This document shows positions 61,033 through 64,000 of a stretch of DNA of 64,000 nt, piece by piece (position 1 is the stretch's first letter; the number at the start of each line of letters is the position of its first letter). The DNA is taken from contig NMRA01000411.1 in assembly GCA_002633005.1 (NCBI GenBank), positions 62,001 to 126,000 on the forward strand. Direction: 5' to 3'. This DNA is from Phoronis australis (lineage: Eukaryota; Animalia; Phoronida). The notes below the pieces were generated by a model, which was not told the origin of the DNA, did not search any database, and saw nothing but the letters and a program-made list of their open reading frames with translations. The position numbers were made by a program, and so were the translations under genes.

Positions 61033-64000
61033 GGCGGGTTATGACTTCTTCACAGTTACAACTATTCCCTACAGCACTGCCACCTACAGAGTTATAACTT
61101 TTCCAACTGACGTGTTCACTCTTGCTGAAGGTTATAACCGCACTGTCGGAATGACAACTTTTAAAACCAGTTTTAAACTTTTCACCCCAAGAGTTGAAAC
61201 CTTTAAAACAGGTCAAGATGTTTTAATATTAATGAGCAACAAAATGTAAAGGATTTTTAAAGATTAGCCAAATAGGATTAGAAGCGAAAATTACAACGCA
61301 GAAAAGTGATTACAAAGTAGCTGCACAGAGACTAGATTCTTGCAATACTTCAGCTTGAAAACTTAAACAACCACCACAATCACAAAGGTCATTAATTAAT
61401 TATACACTGTGCAACACACATGTTATTACCAATATATACCTACAGTGAGTGCACAACATGAAGGTGTGTATGACCTCTGCATGACCTCTCTCTGTTCAAC
61501 CTACTGTTCACTGGTAAACAGCTCGCTTAGGATACGTTTTACGAGCCTAACAACCTTCCTTTTAAAACGGAAACAGGAGCAAGTGCTTCTGATGGCGTAC
61601 ATGAACATTGAAAGAAATTCTCCACTTGGCCAAGTTGACACTAAAGAAATAACCAGGAAATGACAAAAGCTGCCATGACAACACAAATTTCAATGCTTTG
61701 TAACAACCAATTATACCTCGTGGTATGAAAATCATGAAAAGGTCTTCAAAAATGGCAAAAAATTCTTCAATTTGGGACAAGAATAATAACAAAAATTGAC
61801 ATATTTTCATATTTCAGAGGCTTACTACATTGTTGCAAATGCTCAAAACTTGACGAAAGGTTGTGTGGCACGGTAATACCTACACCTCACAAACCATCCG
61901 AAAACACTGTAAATTTTCCTGAAAAGTTACTTTTATTCAGAAATTGGACAAAATGACCTTCCACTTGTCCGCCACATTGTGTCCTAAACTGAAGAATTTT
62001 TATCGTAATTATTATTCTCATAGTCTGACATCAGTTCATAGGACAGTAACTCAATAACTGCATCTCTACTTCAGACGTGTAACTTGCAAGTTGCAAATGG
62101 TGTTTCTGAAATGACTGTCTTCCTCACCCACAGTGCTGGTTGAAAACTGAAACCGCCACAAAAATGAGGACAAAATGTCAATTAAATTCACGTGAGAAAC
62201 ATTGTTAAAGGAAATAAAGTAAGCAGGGGAAAATCAAAGACAGACGGTCAAACAGGAAGTTCATGGGACACTCTATGTGAAAATTCTATAATCTGACCTT
62301 CAGGCAAATGGCATATTATGGAAAAATATTCAACAATTGGTACTAATAATCACACTTAATTTAACATAGGAAGGACTCCTCAGTTTGATACATGACGGTA
62401 ACCTATAAAACGGTAACCTATAAAACGTGACAACTTCAGATCTCACTGATTTGAGAGTACGACATTTTATTTCTGAAAGGGCTTCCACAATCTAAATATT
62501 ATGAAGCTGCACAGACACCTATTCTGATCTGTTACAAAAAAATTACCAGAAAACATCGACTATGTTAATTAGACCAAAATGCGTTCCAAACTAGTACAGA
62601 ATAAACAACAATTACTGGAATCACATCCATGGCACTCAGTGTCCATAAAAACAAATTTTTTCATCAAAATAACTTATATTTGTACTTCATGATACAAAAT
62701 TGCAGAACACAAGTAAATTTATGATCGTAGCCCATGAAATTGTTACAGCTGCCACGGCCTCACGTAGTCAGGTCGCTCGCCTCCTCTTACTTTTTATAGC
62801 CCTTTAGTACAACTATGTGTAGGGGTGACTATCACAGGGATAACTTGCTGATAAGTGACGGTGGTAATGGTCTGATGTAAGCTGCCCGAAGTTTGAGAAC
62901 CAGTTTTCTCCACTGAATATCATACATCAAACTGGTTCTCAAAATACGGGCACGTTATATCAGACTATTGCCACTGATGGCAACCGAAGGAATTCCTCCC
63001 ATGTGAAAACAGAAAGCTGGTGATTTTTTTACATCACAGCTGAACATATGAAGGTAGATAGAATCCGGCGTAGACTTAAAGCCTATAGAAACGCTCACGT
63101 AGGTAATAACTGTGTGTGAAGATAGTACACAAATGTAACGATTTTATAATGGTAACTCTTCCTTACTTAGCATTCAATGTGGCTATTTTGTTAAATTTCT
63201 CCACAAAAAATAAAAATTAACATAATTTTAGTCTATTACTAAAGGCCCTTTCATACTAATGTCGACACGGTCAACTTTGCACTAAACAGGTGTACTTAAC
63301 AGCGGAGCGTCGACGCTACAGTGCTAATATTCTTAAAATTCGAAGGCATTAAAGCTGAACTAGTAACAAAGATTCTGAATGGTTGATTTCTCAAAAGATT
63401 TACAAAAAAATATATCCTATCACAGTCACACTATGTGAAAGGAAACTGGCACGAAATTCTTACCTCCCAAAACATCAGTTCCGGAATAAAGGATGAATAA
63501 TTAATTAAATTACGAAAAGCTGAACTAAGTGAAAAATATGTCTGGGATAATCAAAGAACCTTATTTTTGCTAAAAATGACATGAAAAAAGGTAGCCTTTC
63601 CCTTTAAGGAAACAGAAATTAACAAGGGAAAATGTCCTTCTGAGGTGACCAGGGATCTGACATCAAATATGGTTATAAATATGGTTATTTTCCCATCAAG
63701 TATCTCTCACATCAGCTCAGAGTGGAGACGTCACTGACAAATTGTACACACTAACAACATCTGCCAGACAATTTTACTGACAGGGTCAGCCTGGTAAATA
63801 ATAGGTCGCACTCGGGGAGACCAGGCAAAAACTGTCACTGTCGTTTTGGTGGACTTAAACAGAGCATCCCCAGTTTATTTTGAAAACGAGTAAACAAGCA
63901 GAGCCCAAAAAAACTACAATTCTTTTGTCATCGCGATGTTTTGAATAATTTTTACGGCAACATTTTCGCTAGAGCTGCAATTTCGTACGAAGCATTAGAA

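Overview
AT-rich genomic DNA from an invertebrate animal with GT-AG spliceosomal introns; the taxon cannot be assigned from sequence. I traced four genes by hand using splice-phase consistency: (1) a 5'-partial + strand gene with a TRADD-N-like domain followed by ankyrin repeats (569-11662); (2) a secreted coiled-coil C-type lectin on the - strand (13287-14236); (3) a 13-exon, ~1151-aa type I membrane mucin resembling KIAA1549/UPF0606 (23024-37935, +); (4) the 3' part of a HIPK kinase on the - strand (44172-54617), with a probable ~4.5 kb 3'UTR and a >9 kb upstream intron that leaves the window. Introns and intergenic DNA hold many non-autonomous TIR elements (several with clean 5-bp target-site duplications), a LINE relic and minisatellites. 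Best leads: an apparently ancient HIPK-KIAA1549(L) gene linkage; a possible split architecture of the KIAA1549-like gene; a candidate intronic first exon giving a kinase-dead HIPK; minisatellites made of regulatory motifs; and the TRADD-N-like/ankyrin protein. All homology calls are from recalled sequence families, not from searches.
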